A DNA stretch of 64,000 nt from Minisyncoccota bacterium. GTDB taxonomy: Bacteria; Patescibacteriota; Minisyncoccia; Phycocordibacterales; UBA1006. This document shows positions 36,335 through 46,789 of this stretch, piece by piece (position 1 is the first letter of the stretch; each line of letters opens with the position of its first letter). The notes under the pieces were generated by a model, which made no database searches, was not told the DNA's origin, and saw only the letters and a list, made by a program, of their open reading frames with translations. The stretch spans positions 57,892-121,891 of the forward strand of contig DASWYC010000002.1 of NCBI GenBank assembly GCA_036405175.1. Reading direction: 5' to 3'. The position numbers were made by a program, and so were the translations under genes.

Positions 36335-37462
36335 CTATTCATCCAGCCCTGCTTCATCCTCGGAACTATCTACTGACGGTGCAGCAGATTCTCCTGAACG
36401 ATCACGTTTAGTTGCAGTTTTAATATCTGCCAACAACGAATCTTCAACGGTTGGATTTTCTCGCAAGAATGTACGAGCAGCATCATATCCACGTCCAAGC
36501 TTTACCACTTCGCTGCCATCGGTCGGAGTATACGTATATGCAGCTCCAGACTTTCCAATAACTTTATACTTTTCTCCAAGCGCCAAGAGTTCTCCTTGCT
36601 TTGAAATTCCTTCGTTATAGATAATATCAAAGTCGGTTTGACGGAATGGTGCCGCAACTTTATTTTTAACAATCTTTACACGTGTACGGTTTCCAACAAC
36701 TTCTTCTCCTTTTTTAATCTGCGCAATCTTGCGGATATCGATACGGATAGAAGTATAGAACTTAAGCGCTTTTCCTCCTGGAGTAGTTTCTGGATTACCA
36801 AACATCACACCAATTTGCATACGTACTTGGTTGATAAAGATAATTACTGTTCGTGTTTTTGAAACAAGGGCAGTCAATTTGCGAAGGGCTTGAGACATCA
36901 AGCGTGCTTGTTTTCCAACATGGTAATCTCCCACATCTCCTTCAATTTCATCACGCGGTGTCAATGCTGCTACTGAGTCGATAACAATAATATCAAGCTT
37001 GCCTGAACGCACCAAGGTGTCAGCAATTTCAAGCGCCTGTTCTCCATTATCTGGTTGAGATACCAAAAGATTATTAATATTTACACCAAGCTTGCGTGCA
37101 TAGTCTGGATCAAGTGCGTGTTCGGCATCAATAAATGCACATACACCGTTTAATTTCTGAGCTTCTGCAATTGCGTGAAGTGCAAGTGTTGTTTTTCCAG
37201 ATGATTCTGGCCCAAAGATTTCAATAATACGTCCGCGAGGGTATCCTCCAACGCCAAGCGCATCGTCAACGCCGATTGATCCGGTAGGGATTACATCAAC
37301 ATCAACTTTTGCGGTCTCATCAAGCTTCATAATTGATCCTTCACCAAATTTGGTTTGAATCATTGCAATGGTTTCTTTGAGTTCTTTGGAAATATCTCCG
37401 TGTGCATCTCCTCCTTTAGATGCTTTACCAACTGATTTGTCCGATTTTGCTTTCTTTGCCAT
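36335..37462 (-). CDS. recA: recombinase RecA
   Basis: Walker [11 protein letters not shown]1/L2 loop regions, typical RecA length. Confidence 0.95.
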   Translation of the reverse strand: MAKKAKSDKSVGKASKGGDAHGDISKELKETIAMIQTKFGEGSIMKLDETAKVDVDVIPTGSIGVDDALGVGGYPRGRIIEIFGPESSGKTTLALHAIAEAQKLNGVCAFIDAEHALDPDYARKLGVNINNLLVSQPDNGEQALEIADTLVRSGKLDIIVIDSVAALTPRDEIEGDVGDYHVGKQARLMSQALRKLTALVSKTRTVIIFINQVRMQIGVMFGNPETTPGGKALKFYTSIRIDIRKIAQIKKGEEVVGNRTRVKIVKNKVAAPFRQTDFDIIYNEGISKQGELLALGEKYKVIGKSGAAYTYTPTDGSEVVKLGRGYDAARTFLRENPTVEDSLLADIKTATKRDRSGESAAPSVDSSEDEAGLDE

Positions 37463-37471
37463 ACGAATGTG

Positions 37472-37976
37472 TTAATTAACGGGTGTTAGTGAAGGCGTTG
37501 CTTCAGAATCTGTATTAGTAATATCTATAGTATCTTCGCTTTTAGTTTGAGCGTCAATAGCCGGTGTATCAGATTTCTTTGTGACTGATGGTGAAATATA
37601 TGGTTGGCATGGGAATCGGCAATAAAGTCTCAGAATGCGGCGTTTTTGCATTGAGAAAGGATCTTGTAGGTCAATGATGAGGGTATTGTTTCCAGGCGAT
37701 AACAGTATGTCATGCTGGAATGTGCCTTCGGGAGAAAGGGTAATAGGGTATCCATTAATTTGAATACTTTGGGTGCGTTTTGTTGATCCTTCAAGAATCA
37801 CCAAAGGATATTCAAACGCCGTTCCATCCTTAATATTTTCAAAGATTACTTTTGGTGGAAGTATGAGCGAGCGACCTACATATAATACGTATACTGCACC
37901 ACAGATTGATGCAATGACCGTTACTAAAAGTGAAACACGTTGAGCAACTGATTTCTTTTTATTCTTCATCAGCATA
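37472..37976 (-). CDS. hypothetical membrane-anchored protein
   Basis: Start set at MLMKNKKKS, overlapping the ftsK 3' end. Single TM helix plus a beta-rich domain. Confidence 0.4.
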
Positions 37977-40262
37977 TGAACGCTCAATATCTGATCCACG
38001 TGGTCCCATGCCATCAGATTCCTCATTATCATTCATAGAACTACCATTGTTGCCGCCAAGTACCGCACGAGGTTTTGCGCCATCCTGTGGTCCGATAATT
38101 CCTTTGTTTTCTAAGATATCCATTAAGCGTGCCGCACGTGAATAGCCAATCTTAAAGCGGCGCTGCAAATAGCTGGTTGAAGCTTTTCCGGCTTGCATAA
38201 CAACCTGTTTAGCTTCTTCATATAAATCATCATCGGCATCGTCGTCTCCTCCAGTATCACCACCAAACCCGCTTGAGCCACCAGAACTCATACCATCACC
38301 GCTTCCGCCGGTTGGAATAATAATTTGATCGAGTTCTTCGCCATTTTCTTCTTTAATCTGAGCAACAACGGCTTTAAGCTCATCTTCTGAAACGTATGCA
38401 GACTGCAAGCGTTCACCCTTGGCAGACTCTGAGCCAACAAAGAGCATATCTCCAGCACCAAGCAATTTTTCTGCACCCGCAACATCAATAATAGTGCGTG
38501 AGTCAATTTGTGATGCAACTCTAAGCGCAATACGTCCAGGAATGTTTGCTTTGATGAGTCCAGTAATAACATTAACCGATGGGCGCTGTGTTGAAAGAAT
38601 CAAGTGAATCCCAACTGCACGAGACATCTGCGCCAGGCGTACAATTGCAGCTTCAAGTTCGCGAGGGAACGACTGCATAAGATCCGCCATTTCATCAATA
38701 ACAATCACAATATATGCCATACGCTCTGGAAGGTTTGAGGTATCTGATGCATCGTTAATATTTTTGTAGGCAGGCTCAACAATATTGGCATGATATGAAC
38801 CAATATCGCGCACTGAGTTTTCTTCCAAAATATTGTAGCGACGCTCCATTTCTTTAACCGCCCAACGGAGTGCAAAAATAGCTTGTTTTGGATTTTTAAT
38901 TACCGGCGTCAACAAATGCGGGATGTTGTTGTACAGCGTAAGCTCAACACGCTTTGGATCCACCATGATAAAGCGGAGCTTCTTTGGTCCATTGCGGTAG
39001 AGAAGACTGGTAATAATATTATGTACGGCTACAGATTTTCCAGCTCCCGTTGCTCCTGCAACCAACAGGTGAGGGAGCTTTGCAAGATCAGCAAAGTGAT
39101 GCTGACCAGTAATACTTGCTCCAAGTGCAAAGTACAGTGGTTTGTGTGAATTCTTAAATTGAGCGTCCGCTAACATTGATCCAAGTCCAACGAGAGCTTT
39201 TTTGCTGTTTGGAAGTTCGATTCCCACTAATGACTTTCCAGGGATGGGTGCTTCAATGCGAATAGATGAAGCAAGTGCAAGCTCAAGGTTAGCTTGGAGT
39301 CCAACAATTTTTTGAAGACGTGTTCCTTCACGAGGTTTCACTGCAAAACGAGTTACCGTTGGCCCCACATCAATTTCTTCAACTGTTACATCAATATCAA
39401 AGTTCTTGAGGGTGCGCACAATTTCATCACTGCGTGCTTGGGTGTCTTCAATACCAGCTTTCCCAGACGATGTCTTAAGAAGGTTAAGTGCTGGCGGGTT
39501 GTAATCATCAATAAGCGATGTATCTGAGAGGGGAACAAAGGCGGGTGTCTCAGCAATCTTGCCATTCTTTTTTGAAGGAGCTTCGGTGCGCTCTGATTCT
39601 GTTCCGTTTCTAATAATAGGTACAGTGCGCTGACGATCTTCATCAGTGAGCACTACTTCTTCAAGTATGTCATCACCTTCGAGATCTTCTTGGGAAGCTA
39701 CTGCGCGATCACCAAGTGTGGTAATAAATTCAATAAAATTATCCCACCACGATTTGATGGTCTTGTGACGGAGCATGATGATAGCAATGATACCGATAAA
39801 AATTACAACCGATACCAACATGGCACCGTAGAGTCCAAAGAGTGTTTGCGAGATATTCCTCAGCGTGAATCCAAGCGTTCCTCCGGCGGTTGCATTGTTG
39901 GGAAGAAAATCGAGCATGGTTGCAACCGTGGCAAGAAGTACCACCGCAAGTGCGCTATCAATTCCATCAAGCGTACTTTTTTTGGTGAAGAGCAGCTGCG
40001 CACCAATCACTGCGGCGGCAAGTGTTGTGAGGAGGAGTGTACATACTCCAAGAAATTGAATGAGGTATCCGGTAATAAATTCTCCGATGAGTCCTCCGTT
40101 TGAAAGAAGGGAATAAAGAGCAAGTGCGCTGATTAAAAAAAGTACTAATCCGAAGAATCGGATCATGCGCGATTTGGTGATTAAGATTTCAACAGGATCT
40201 TCTTCTGGAAGAGGTTGTTTGCGAGGTCGTCCGGGTTTAGCCATGCATATATTATATATCAT
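37959..40262 (-). CDS. ftsK: DNA translocase FtsK/SpoIIIE
   Basis: N-terminal 4-TM, linker, motor domain with Walker A GATGAGKS, C-terminal gamma (winged-helix) domain. Confidence 0.9.
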   Translation of the reverse strand: MIYNICMAKPGRPRKQPLPEEDPVEILITKSRMIRFFGLVLFLISALALYSLLSNGGLIGEFITGYLIQFLGVCTLLLTTLAAAVIGAQLLFTKKSTLDGIDSALAVVLLATVATMLDFLPNNATAGGTLGFTLRNISQTLFGLYGAMLVSVVIFIGIIAIIMLRHKTIKSWWDNFIEFITTLGDRAVASQEDLEGDDILEEVVLTDEDRQRTVPIIRNGTESERTEAPSKKNGKIAETPAFVPLSDTSLIDDYNPPALNLLKTSSGKAGIEDTQARSDEIVRTLKNFDIDVTVEEIDVGPTVTRFAVKPREGTRLQKIVGLQANLELALASSIRIEAPIPGKSLVGIELPNSKKALVGLGSMLADAQFKNSHKPLYFALGASITGQHHFADLAKLPHLLVAGATGAGKSVAVHNIITSLLYRNGPKKLRFIMVDPKRVELTLYNNIPHLLTPVIKNPKQAIFALRWAVKEMERRYNILEENSVRDIGSYHANIVEPAYKNINDASDTSNLPERMAYIVIVIDEMADLMQSFPRELEAAIVRLAQMSRAVGIHLILSTQRPSVNVITGLIKANIPGRIALRVASQIDSRTIIDVAGAEKLLGAGDMLFVGSESAKGERLQSAYVSEDELKAVVAQIKEENGEELDQIIIPTGGSGDGMSSGGSSGFGGDTGGDDDADDDLYEEAKQVVMQAGKASTSYLQRRFKIGYSRAARLMDILENKGIIGPQDGAKPRAVLGGNNGSSMNDNEESDGMGPRGSDIERSYADEE

Positions 40263-40296
40263 TCGCTCAAGTTAAAACGGATATAAATTCTTACAA

Positions 40297-40427
40297 AATA
40301 ACTCCTGATGAAGCAGCGGATCAAGTCCTATTCTCGGTGTATTTGAGGCACACAATAAAGCAGAGTTTACACACATTAAAAAGTGCCTCAAATACACCTC
40401 CGAAACTGCTTCATCAGGAGTTATTTT
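40297..40427. repeat. 131-bp nested inverted repeat: outer 21-bp perfect stem plus inner 15-bp perfect stem
   Basis: AAATAACTCCTGATGAAGCAG...CTGCTTCATCAGGAGTTATTT and GTGTATTTGAGGCAC...GTGCCTCAAATACAC, seen directly. Confidence 0.6.
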
Positions 40428-40464
40428 ACATGCTACTTTTAGGCAAGAACTGGGCGAATGATAT

Positions 40465-41505
40465 GTGAAATCTATGATCAGAAAGGTTTATTGCACAACA
40501 GGTTTTTATAATGGACATATTGAAATGTCCTTTAAAATATGTAGAATACGAGTAATGGACAAATCACCACTCGCAAATTCTAATGGACAGGATAATCATG
40601 GTAATGGACAAGAAAATGTATGGTTGGAATTTATAACGGACAATAAAGATTTTCTTGTGTCCTTTAGAACGCGTGTCCGTAAGATTTCTTCAGCACTCTA
40701 TATGCTGGGTAACCTTTGGCAGGAAGATGACTTTGGTAAACACTTACATTCGGTGTCCCTTACTATTTTGAGTGCTTCAAAAATTCCTGTAACGGACAAT
40801 CGTCACACTATCATGAATCACTTTATGTCCGTTAAAGAGTCAGTTGAGTATGCATTGTCTCTTATTATCTTTGGCGCAGAAGCAGGACTTCTTGCCACAT
40901 CAAACGTAACCATGATTACGCCGTTTTGCATTGCACTGCTTGGTGACCTCCACGATCTTGAAAATACCCTTCCTGCACTTTTTAATACTTCACGCGTTAA
41001 TAATGCTAAGAGTACTGCTCAAGCGCCAGATGCGAGCGCAGATCTGGCCAACATACTTACTAAGGATCACGGAGATTTCTTTAATCAAGCTGGTTCAGAA
41101 CGCAAAGAAATTCGTGTTCCTGTTCAGCCGCCTACATATATACATACCCCAGCATCAGCAGCAGCTGAAGTTCCTGTGGCTCAAGATATCCACACACTAA
41201 TGTCGCCAACAACGGCTCCGGTTACTGCCCAAGAATTTGTTCAAGCTCGAACCGTTCCAGTTGCTCAAACACAATTGCAACAGCCAGTGCGTACTCGCCA
41301 GGAGGCTACAACTAATCAATATCGGGAAGCTATTTTTGCTGCCATCAAAGCATCAGAACAACAAACACCAAGTGAATTGCAGGCTCAATTTCCAGCATTA
41401 AGCGCAAAGCGTATTCAGCGAGAGCTCCAGCAATTGGTGCAAGAAAAACGGGTCATTAAGAAAGGGGAAAAGCGCTGGGTTTCCTACCATTTGAACGCTT
41501 CATAG
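40465..41505 (+). CDS. hypothetical protein with Q/P/T-rich linker and C-terminal winged-helix-like DNA-binding module
   Basis: C-terminus AKRIQRELQQLVQEKRVIKKGEKRWVSYHL resembles a wHTH. Start uncertain. Confidence 0.35.
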   Translation: MKSMIRKVYCTTGFYNGHIEMSFKICRIRVMDKSPLANSNGQDNHGNGQENVWLEFITDNKDFLVSFRTRVRKISSALYMLGNLWQEDDFGKHLHSVSLTILSASKIPVTDNRHTIMNHFMSVKESVEYALSLIIFGAEAGLLATSNVTMITPFCIALLGDLHDLENTLPALFNTSRVNNAKSTAQAPDASADLANILTKDHGDFFNQAGSERKEIRVPVQPPTYIHTPASAAAEVPVAQDIHTLMSPTTAPVTAQEFVQARTVPVAQTQLQQPVRTRQEATTNQYREAIFAAIKASEQQTPSELQAQFPALSAKRIQRELQQLVQEKRVIKKGEKRWVSYHLNAS

Positions 41506-42080
41506 GATCCTCACAAAATCCCTTGCAGGATAAGCTCAAATGTGGCATAATCTTAGTGTAATATCATGCTCGTAAACACGTCACAACACATAGCAAGAGT
41601 CAGTAGTTTGTAACCCATTGGGTTGTGGAATACCATCTCTTGAATAACTTCATTTCATTGGTATATACTTAGAACACCTTCGTGGACACACAGTGCTTTG
41701 TATCAATAAAGTATTACTGTGCCCATGAGGCACCATCATAAGGAGTAACCTTGTGATGAATAATTACCAACCAAATACATCAGGTTAATAATTATTACTC
41801 TGGTAAAGAAATCGGAAAGACCAAAAAAGATTTCCTTTTTGTCTGATATCTTTTCTTTTGCGAACTTTATCAATTCTTATTTTGGTTACACACATTGAAA
41901 AAAGGTGGACTTATTATTAAGTCGAATCCACCTCGTGTGTAATAAAAGACAGTTTTCTATTGAACTATCTGAAGGTACAACACACTACGACTAGATTGAC
42001 CGTCTGTCGATAGCGGTGAATTTCGTATTGCGTTTCAGATGGAGAGGTAGATTAATGTCTTGTTATGTACATTACAAGAT

Positions 42081-44111
42081 ATGACTAGTAAATCAATCAA
42101 GAACGTGATTGGTCTCGTAGCTATTACTGCTCTTGCGTCAGTTTCATTGACCGCAAACGCAGCATCAGCTTACACCCACTCACGTACTCTTAAAGTAGGT
42201 TCACGCGGACTCGCTGTTGAATCACTTCAAGATGCTCTCAACGCATGTTGGGATCTAGGGCTCACTGCCGATGGAATCTTCGGTAAGGGAACCCGTGCTG
42301 CTGTTATGGCTGCACAAAAAGACCTCGGTCTTAAGGCCGACGGAGTTGTAGGACCAATGACTGGTGCTGCAATCGAGGATTGTGATGGAGCTGTAGTAAC
42401 ACCTACTACCCCAACCACACCTACTACCCCAGGAACTTTGACTCCTGGAGCAGAACTCCGCACTCGTAACTTCCAAATCCGCAACGCATCTAACTCTTCA
42501 GTAGAAGAAGGAGCACGTGGAGTAGAAGTTGCTCGCGTACAGTTCGATACTCAGTACTCAGATGCTAAGCTCGAACGAATTGACCTTGTGGCAACTCCTA
42601 ACGGAACTGTGCCATCACCAACTACACCATGGCGTGTATTTGATCGCGTAATGATCAAGGTAAACGACACTCAAGTAGCTTCATTCGATACTGCTAACGC
42701 AACTATGTGGGATGAAGTTTCATCAGGTGTATACCGCCTTCGCCTTTCAGGACTTACTGCTATCCTTCCAAAGGATCGCACACAAAACATCTCAATCCTT
42801 GCTGACATCAATTCTGGTGCTAACGGAGGATCAGGCGATGTTAAGTGGGATATCTCACTCGGAGCTGACGCTCAGGGAATCCGTATGCTTGACCAGGCTG
42901 GAATTACTCAATACGTAGGACTCGCTTCTACTTTTACCGGAACCACTTTTGGAACCGATAAGGTTGCAAGCAATGCTGCAGTATTGACTATTAAGAACCT
43001 CGGAGGTCTTTCAACTGTACGCGTAACAGCTAGTTCAAATGACCCTGTATCAAAGACCTTGATGGCTAACAAGAACACTGCTTCATCAGCAATGCTTGTA
43101 CACTCATACACCGTTAAGGCTGAAGAAGGAGATATCAAGATCAAGACCGTTCCAGTTAAGCTTGACATCACCGAAGCTTCAGGAGGAACACAGGCAACTG
43201 TTTCTTCAACTGACTACGGAGCACTCTATAAGGCTGTTATTGACTCAACTTGGATTGAAATCAACGGAACCCGTTTTGACTCAATCACATCAAAGTCATC
43301 AGCTGACAACACCACTTACGAAACTGATACCATCAACTTCGACGTTAACCGCAACTTCACTATTACTAGTGGATCAACTGCAACTATTAACGTTTATGTA
43401 AAGCTTGCGTCAATGCCTGATAACTCAGGAAATCCAAACGCAAACTCAGGTGCAACTATCAAGTCTTCAGTAACTGGAACCACTTTGGCTCTTGAAACTG
43501 GAATGTATGATGCTGTACCAAGCAACTCAATCACCGGTTCAGCTACTGGATATGTTCACACTATCCGTACATCAGGTGTTGTTGCAACCATGGGAACTGC
43601 TTCAATCGCACGTACCACCAACAACAGTGGACAAACCACTGCAGTTGAATACACCATTCCGTTGACTCTTACCGCATCTGGAAACACCTTCTATATCGGA
43701 CAGTCAGCAGAATTTGCTGCAACCTCAACCCTTGCCGCAGATGGAGCATCGGCTAAGGCTCTTGCATTCACCTTGCAATCAGCTTCAGCAGCATCAACAG
43801 ATATCACTTCTGTAAACAACTCAGTGTTTACAAACGGAACTGCTGATGGAACTGTTATCTCAACCCTTTCATCTTCAAACGCTTCAATCCAAAATCTTGG
43901 ATACCGTCTTGATGATGGATCAGCTAAGAACTTTACTCTTAAGGTTACTGCAACCGCAGCGTCAGACGGAACAACCGACTCACTCCGCGTAGCACTTAAG
44001 ACCCTCAAGTTCTACAATGCTGACACTCTTGCTGATGGAGCAGGTGAAACTGTATTCACCCTTCTCCCAGTTGAGAACTTCCGCACCGAATTCCAAACTC
44101 TTACTCGCTAA
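42081..44111 (+). CDS. secreted cell-surface protein: signal peptide, peptidoglycan-binding (PG_binding_1-like) domain, TTPTTPTTP linker, large T/S/A-rich beta-rich domain; candidate abundant envelope/S-layer-like protein
   Basis: LKVGSRGLAVESLQDALNA...GLTADGIFGKGTRAAVMAAQKDLGLKADGVVGPMTGAAI matches the PGBD pattern. Codon usage resembles rplL (highly expressed type). Confidence 0.55.
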   Translation: MTSKSIKNVIGLVAITALASVSLTANAASAYTHSRTLKVGSRGLAVESLQDALNACWDLGLTADGIFGKGTRAAVMAAQKDLGLKADGVVGPMTGAAIEDCDGAVVTPTTPTTPTTPGTLTPGAELRTRNFQIRNASNSSVEEGARGVEVARVQFDTQYSDAKLERIDLVATPNGTVPSPTTPWRVFDRVMIKVNDTQVASFDTANATMWDEVSSGVYRLRLSGLTAILPKDRTQNISILADINSGANGGSGDVKWDISLGADAQGIRMLDQAGITQYVGLASTFTGTTFGTDKVASNAAVLTIKNLGGLSTVRVTASSNDPVSKTLMANKNTASSAMLVHSYTVKAEEGDIKIKTVPVKLDITEASGGTQATVSSTDYGALYKAVIDSTWIEINGTRFDSITSKSSADNTTYETDTINFDVNRNFTITSGSTATINVYVKLASMPDNSGNPNANSGATIKSSVTGTTLALETGMYDAVPSNSITGSATGYVHTIRTSGVVATMGTASIARTTNNSGQTTAVEYTIPLTLTASGNTFYIGQSAEFAATSTLAADGASAKALAFTLQSASAASTDITSVNNSVFTNGTADGTVISTLSSSNASIQNLGYRLDDGSAKNFTLKVTATAASDGTTDSLRVALKTLKFYNADTLADGAGETVFTLLPVENFRTEFQTLTR

Positions 44112-44144
44112 TCGCGTTTAAGCTGGAACTAGGTTCTGGATAAC

Positions 44145-44174
44145 AAAAAACACCCTTCGGGGTGTTTTTTGTTA
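44145..44174 (+). terminator. strong terminator AACACCC TTCG GGGTGTT + TTTTTGTT (UUCG tetraloop); identical copy at 45826
   Basis: Seen directly. Confidence 0.75.
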
Positions 44175-44386
44175 TGGGAAAAGGGGAATTTATGGGTAAG
44201 GATATTGGGAAATATAGTAGGGGATATGAAGCCCTAAACCCTCTATATAACTGTTAAAAACTCCGTAAAGTCTTTATAAATAAGGAATATTAAGAGTACT
44301 TTACAAATACATCTAAGTATGATATAATAATACTATCAAATTACTTATTAATACAATAATATATACATTTTAAATCTTTTAAGAGC

Positions 44387-44782
44387 ATGAAAAAGAGAAC
44401 AGGTTTATTTGTGATTTTGGGCCTTGCCATTAGTTCTATCTATTTGGGGTTGTCAATTAATTCGGTGCCTCAATATTGGAGAAGAGCCGGTTTGATTATT
44501 TTGTTTTTCGTAACTATGTTACTGCAGAGCTGTATGCCGGGGATGTACAGTCCTTATGGGAACTCATACGGATATCAGCAGCCTTACGGTAATCCATATG
44601 CTACTGGGAGACCTTATTGCCCTCCTCCGGTGCGGGGAAATCCAAGCGCCTACGGAGACGCAGCATACTGGTATAATTATCAGCGTTTGGCACGAAATGG
44701 TGGCCTAAACATAGGTCTTCAGCCACAGCGAAGATTCAGAACGGTAATGGAGGCTGTTGATGCCTTGGGTTACTCAAGATAG
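44387..44782 (+). CDS. hypothetical membrane protein with Tyr/Gly/Pro/Asn-rich low-complexity tail
   Basis: Two hydrophobic segments then SPYGNSYGYQQPYGNPYATGRPY. Confidence 0.35.
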   Translation: MKKRTGLFVILGLAISSIYLGLSINSVPQYWRRAGLIILFFVTMLLQSCMPGMYSPYGNSYGYQQPYGNPYATGRPYCPPPVRGNPSAYGDAAYWYNYQRLARNGGLNIGLQPQRRFRTVMEAVDALGYSR

Positions 44783-44945
44783 GCCCTTAAATTGATTATC
44801 TTAATTTTAAACTAAGCGTACTTTTGTACGCTTTTTTATTTTCTCTTTAATAATAATTCACCATAAAATCATTAAGTAGGCAAGTAGACGCAATGCCTAA
44901 ATTTTGATTTCATTAATGTATACCAAGAATAATTCTGAAATCTTT

Positions 44946-45824
44946 ATGAACACCCCAACCAAGTCTGCATCACTTGTTCGCCAGATTGCTACCCTTGCAG
45001 GTATTGTTGTACTCGTATTTGCTATGGCAATGTCATCAGCTGATGCTCAATCAGTTCGTCGCGTATTTGTAACCTTGCCAGATGGAACCGCAACCGACAT
45101 GACCATCACCGAGGCATATCAGCGTAACCTTGTTAATACTATGAATGGTCAAAGCGGCCAAACCGGAATCGGCGGACGCAAAGCCCTCGCAACTACCGTT
45201 AACGCAGAAGGAGTTACTACTTCATCAGCAACTATGGTTGGAATCGTTCGTCCTGCAGATGGATGTGTTGCAGGTACCGCTACTCAAGGATTTGAATTTG
45301 GATACGGATCTGAATGGACCAAGGCATCACCTCGCGTAGAAGACGTGAATGATGGAGTAATCATGTACACCTTGCGTGATGTTCCAGCAGGAAAGACCTA
45401 TTCATATCGTGCATGGGTAACTGATTGTACAGGAACCACCTATGGGTCAACTCGCAGTGTAACTACTCGTGTACCAGCTCCAGCGGTAACCGTACCAGCA
45501 CAAGCTATTGATGGAGGTTCAGTAGTTGTTCCAGCAGGAACTTCAACCGAAGATACTAAGAAAGATACTTCTCGTATTGATTTTGGAAACCTCTTCAATA
45601 AGAAAGATTCAACAGATTCAGAAACAACCACTCCTACTACTGAAACCAAGAAAGCAGATGTAAAGACCGAAACCAAAGCTGATGCTAAGGCTGAAGATGC
45701 TGCAGTAGAAACAGAAGCAGCTCCAAAGAAGAAAGGCGGATTCTTCCAGTGGCTTTTGAAGGGAAACACCTCAGAAGCTCCAGCAGATACTGAAGAAACT
45801 CCAACTGCATCTTCAAACAGCTAA
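44946..45824 (+). CDS. secreted T/S-rich hypothetical protein with acidic/K-rich C-terminal tail
   Basis: Start at MNTPTKSAS with signal peptide. Ends with the same terminator as the 42081 gene. Confidence 0.5.
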   Translation: MNTPTKSASLVRQIATLAGIVVLVFAMAMSSADAQSVRRVFVTLPDGTATDMTITEAYQRNLVNTMNGQSGQTGIGGRKALATTVNAEGVTTSSATMVGIVRPADGCVAGTATQGFEFGYGSEWTKASPRVEDVNDGVIMYTLRDVPAGKTYSYRAWVTDCTGTTYGSTRSVTTRVPAPAVTVPAQAIDGGSVVVPAGTSTEDTKKDTSRIDFGNLFNKKDSTDSETTTPTTETKKADVKTETKADAKAEDAAVETEAAPKKKGGFFQWLLKGNTSEAPADTEETPTASSNS

Positions 45825-45825
45825 T

Positions 45826-45857
45826 TTTAAACACCCTTCGGGGTGTTTTTTGTTATC
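45826..45857 (+). terminator. terminator identical to 44145..44174
   Basis: 27-nt identity AACACCCTTCGGGGTGTTTTTTGTTAT. Confidence 0.75.
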
Positions 45858-45914
45858 AAAATTTATTGTTAGTTTGAAATACCCAAACCAGATGAAGAAT
45901 GATATAGTGAATAT

Positions 45915-46781
45915 ATGAAAGCAGTAAAACCTCAAGGAACAACCTGGAAAATCATTGGGATTACTATTTTTGCATCAGTACTTATTGCAGTGCTTGCTGG
46001 CGTAGTCTTTAGAGCGCTTGGATACTATAGTTTGGCTCCGTATGCAGGAATTATTGCGGTAACTGTTTTAAATGTTATTTCATTTTTCTATTCAGATAAG
46101 ATTATTTTACGCATGCATGGAGCAGAAGAAGTTGATCCGCATCGCAATCCAGAACTGTATGATATGGTTGGGCAACTTTCTCAGACAGCAGGCATCCCTA
46201 TCCCAAAGCTCTACATTATTGAAGATGATGCGCTCAATGCATTTGCAACGGGGCGTGATTATAATCATAGTGCGGTGGCGGTGTATCGGGGACTTCTCGA
46301 TAGATTGGATAGAGAAGAATTGCGCGGTGTATTGGCGCATGAAATTGCTCACATTAAAAACTACGATATGCTCACAGGAACACTATTGTCTGTTGGGGTG
46401 GGATTCTTGGCGGTGTTGGCAGATATGATTGGGCGTGTAGTAGTGAGAGAAATTGGTAAGGATAATGCCATTGTATATTTCTTGGGAAGTATCATTCTAT
46501 TCTTTTTGATTCCTATTGGTTCACTCTTGATTCAGATGTTTGTATCACGCAAGCGTGAGTTTGCTGCTGACCGTGATGGGGCGCATCTTGCAAAGAGTTC
46601 TGATGGATTGGCGCGGGCACTTATAAAGCTTGAACAGGCTCATATTCCGCAAGAAACCAATGTTGCAGCCGCTCAGAACCTCTACATTATTCATCCTTTT
46701 AGAGGAGGATTAGCATCGCTCTTTTCTTCACATCCTTCAACGGAGGATCGTGTAGCGCGGCTCCAAAAGATGGTTTTGTAA
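45915..46781 (+). CDS. htpX: M48-family zinc metalloprotease HtpX
   Basis: HEIAHIKNYD (HExxH) and TM helices flanking the protease domain. Confidence 0.85.
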   Translation: MKAVKPQGTTWKIIGITIFASVLIAVLAGVVFRALGYYSLAPYAGIIAVTVLNVISFFYSDKIILRMHGAEEVDPHRNPELYDMVGQLSQTAGIPIPKLYIIEDDALNAFATGRDYNHSAVAVYRGLLDRLDREELRGVLAHEIAHIKNYDMLTGTLLSVGVGFLAVLADMIGRVVVREIGKDNAIVYFLGSIILFFLIPIGSLLIQMFVSRKREFAADRDGAHLAKSSDGLARALIKLEQAHIPQETNVAAAQNLYIIHPFRGGLASLFSSHPSTEDRVARLQKMVL

Positions 46782-46789
46782 GCAAAGAA

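Noticed and set aside
41506-42080. Possible housekeeping ncRNA (RNase P RNA, tmRNA, SRP RNA, 6S) in the 575-bp ORF-free region
   Set aside because: I looked for RNase P P4 (AGGAAAGTCCGGGCTCC-like), tmRNA tRNA-like ends and an SRP GGAAGCAGCC-like motif and found none. It is better explained as a long leader of the downstream surface-protein gene, though an unknown sRNA cannot be excluded.
44143-45860. The identical 27-nt sequence at 44148 and 45828 as a mobile repeat
   Set aside because: Each copy is a canonical stem-loop + T-tract placed exactly at a gene end. Parsimony says these are duplicated terminators, not transposable repeats. The identity is noted in the findings.
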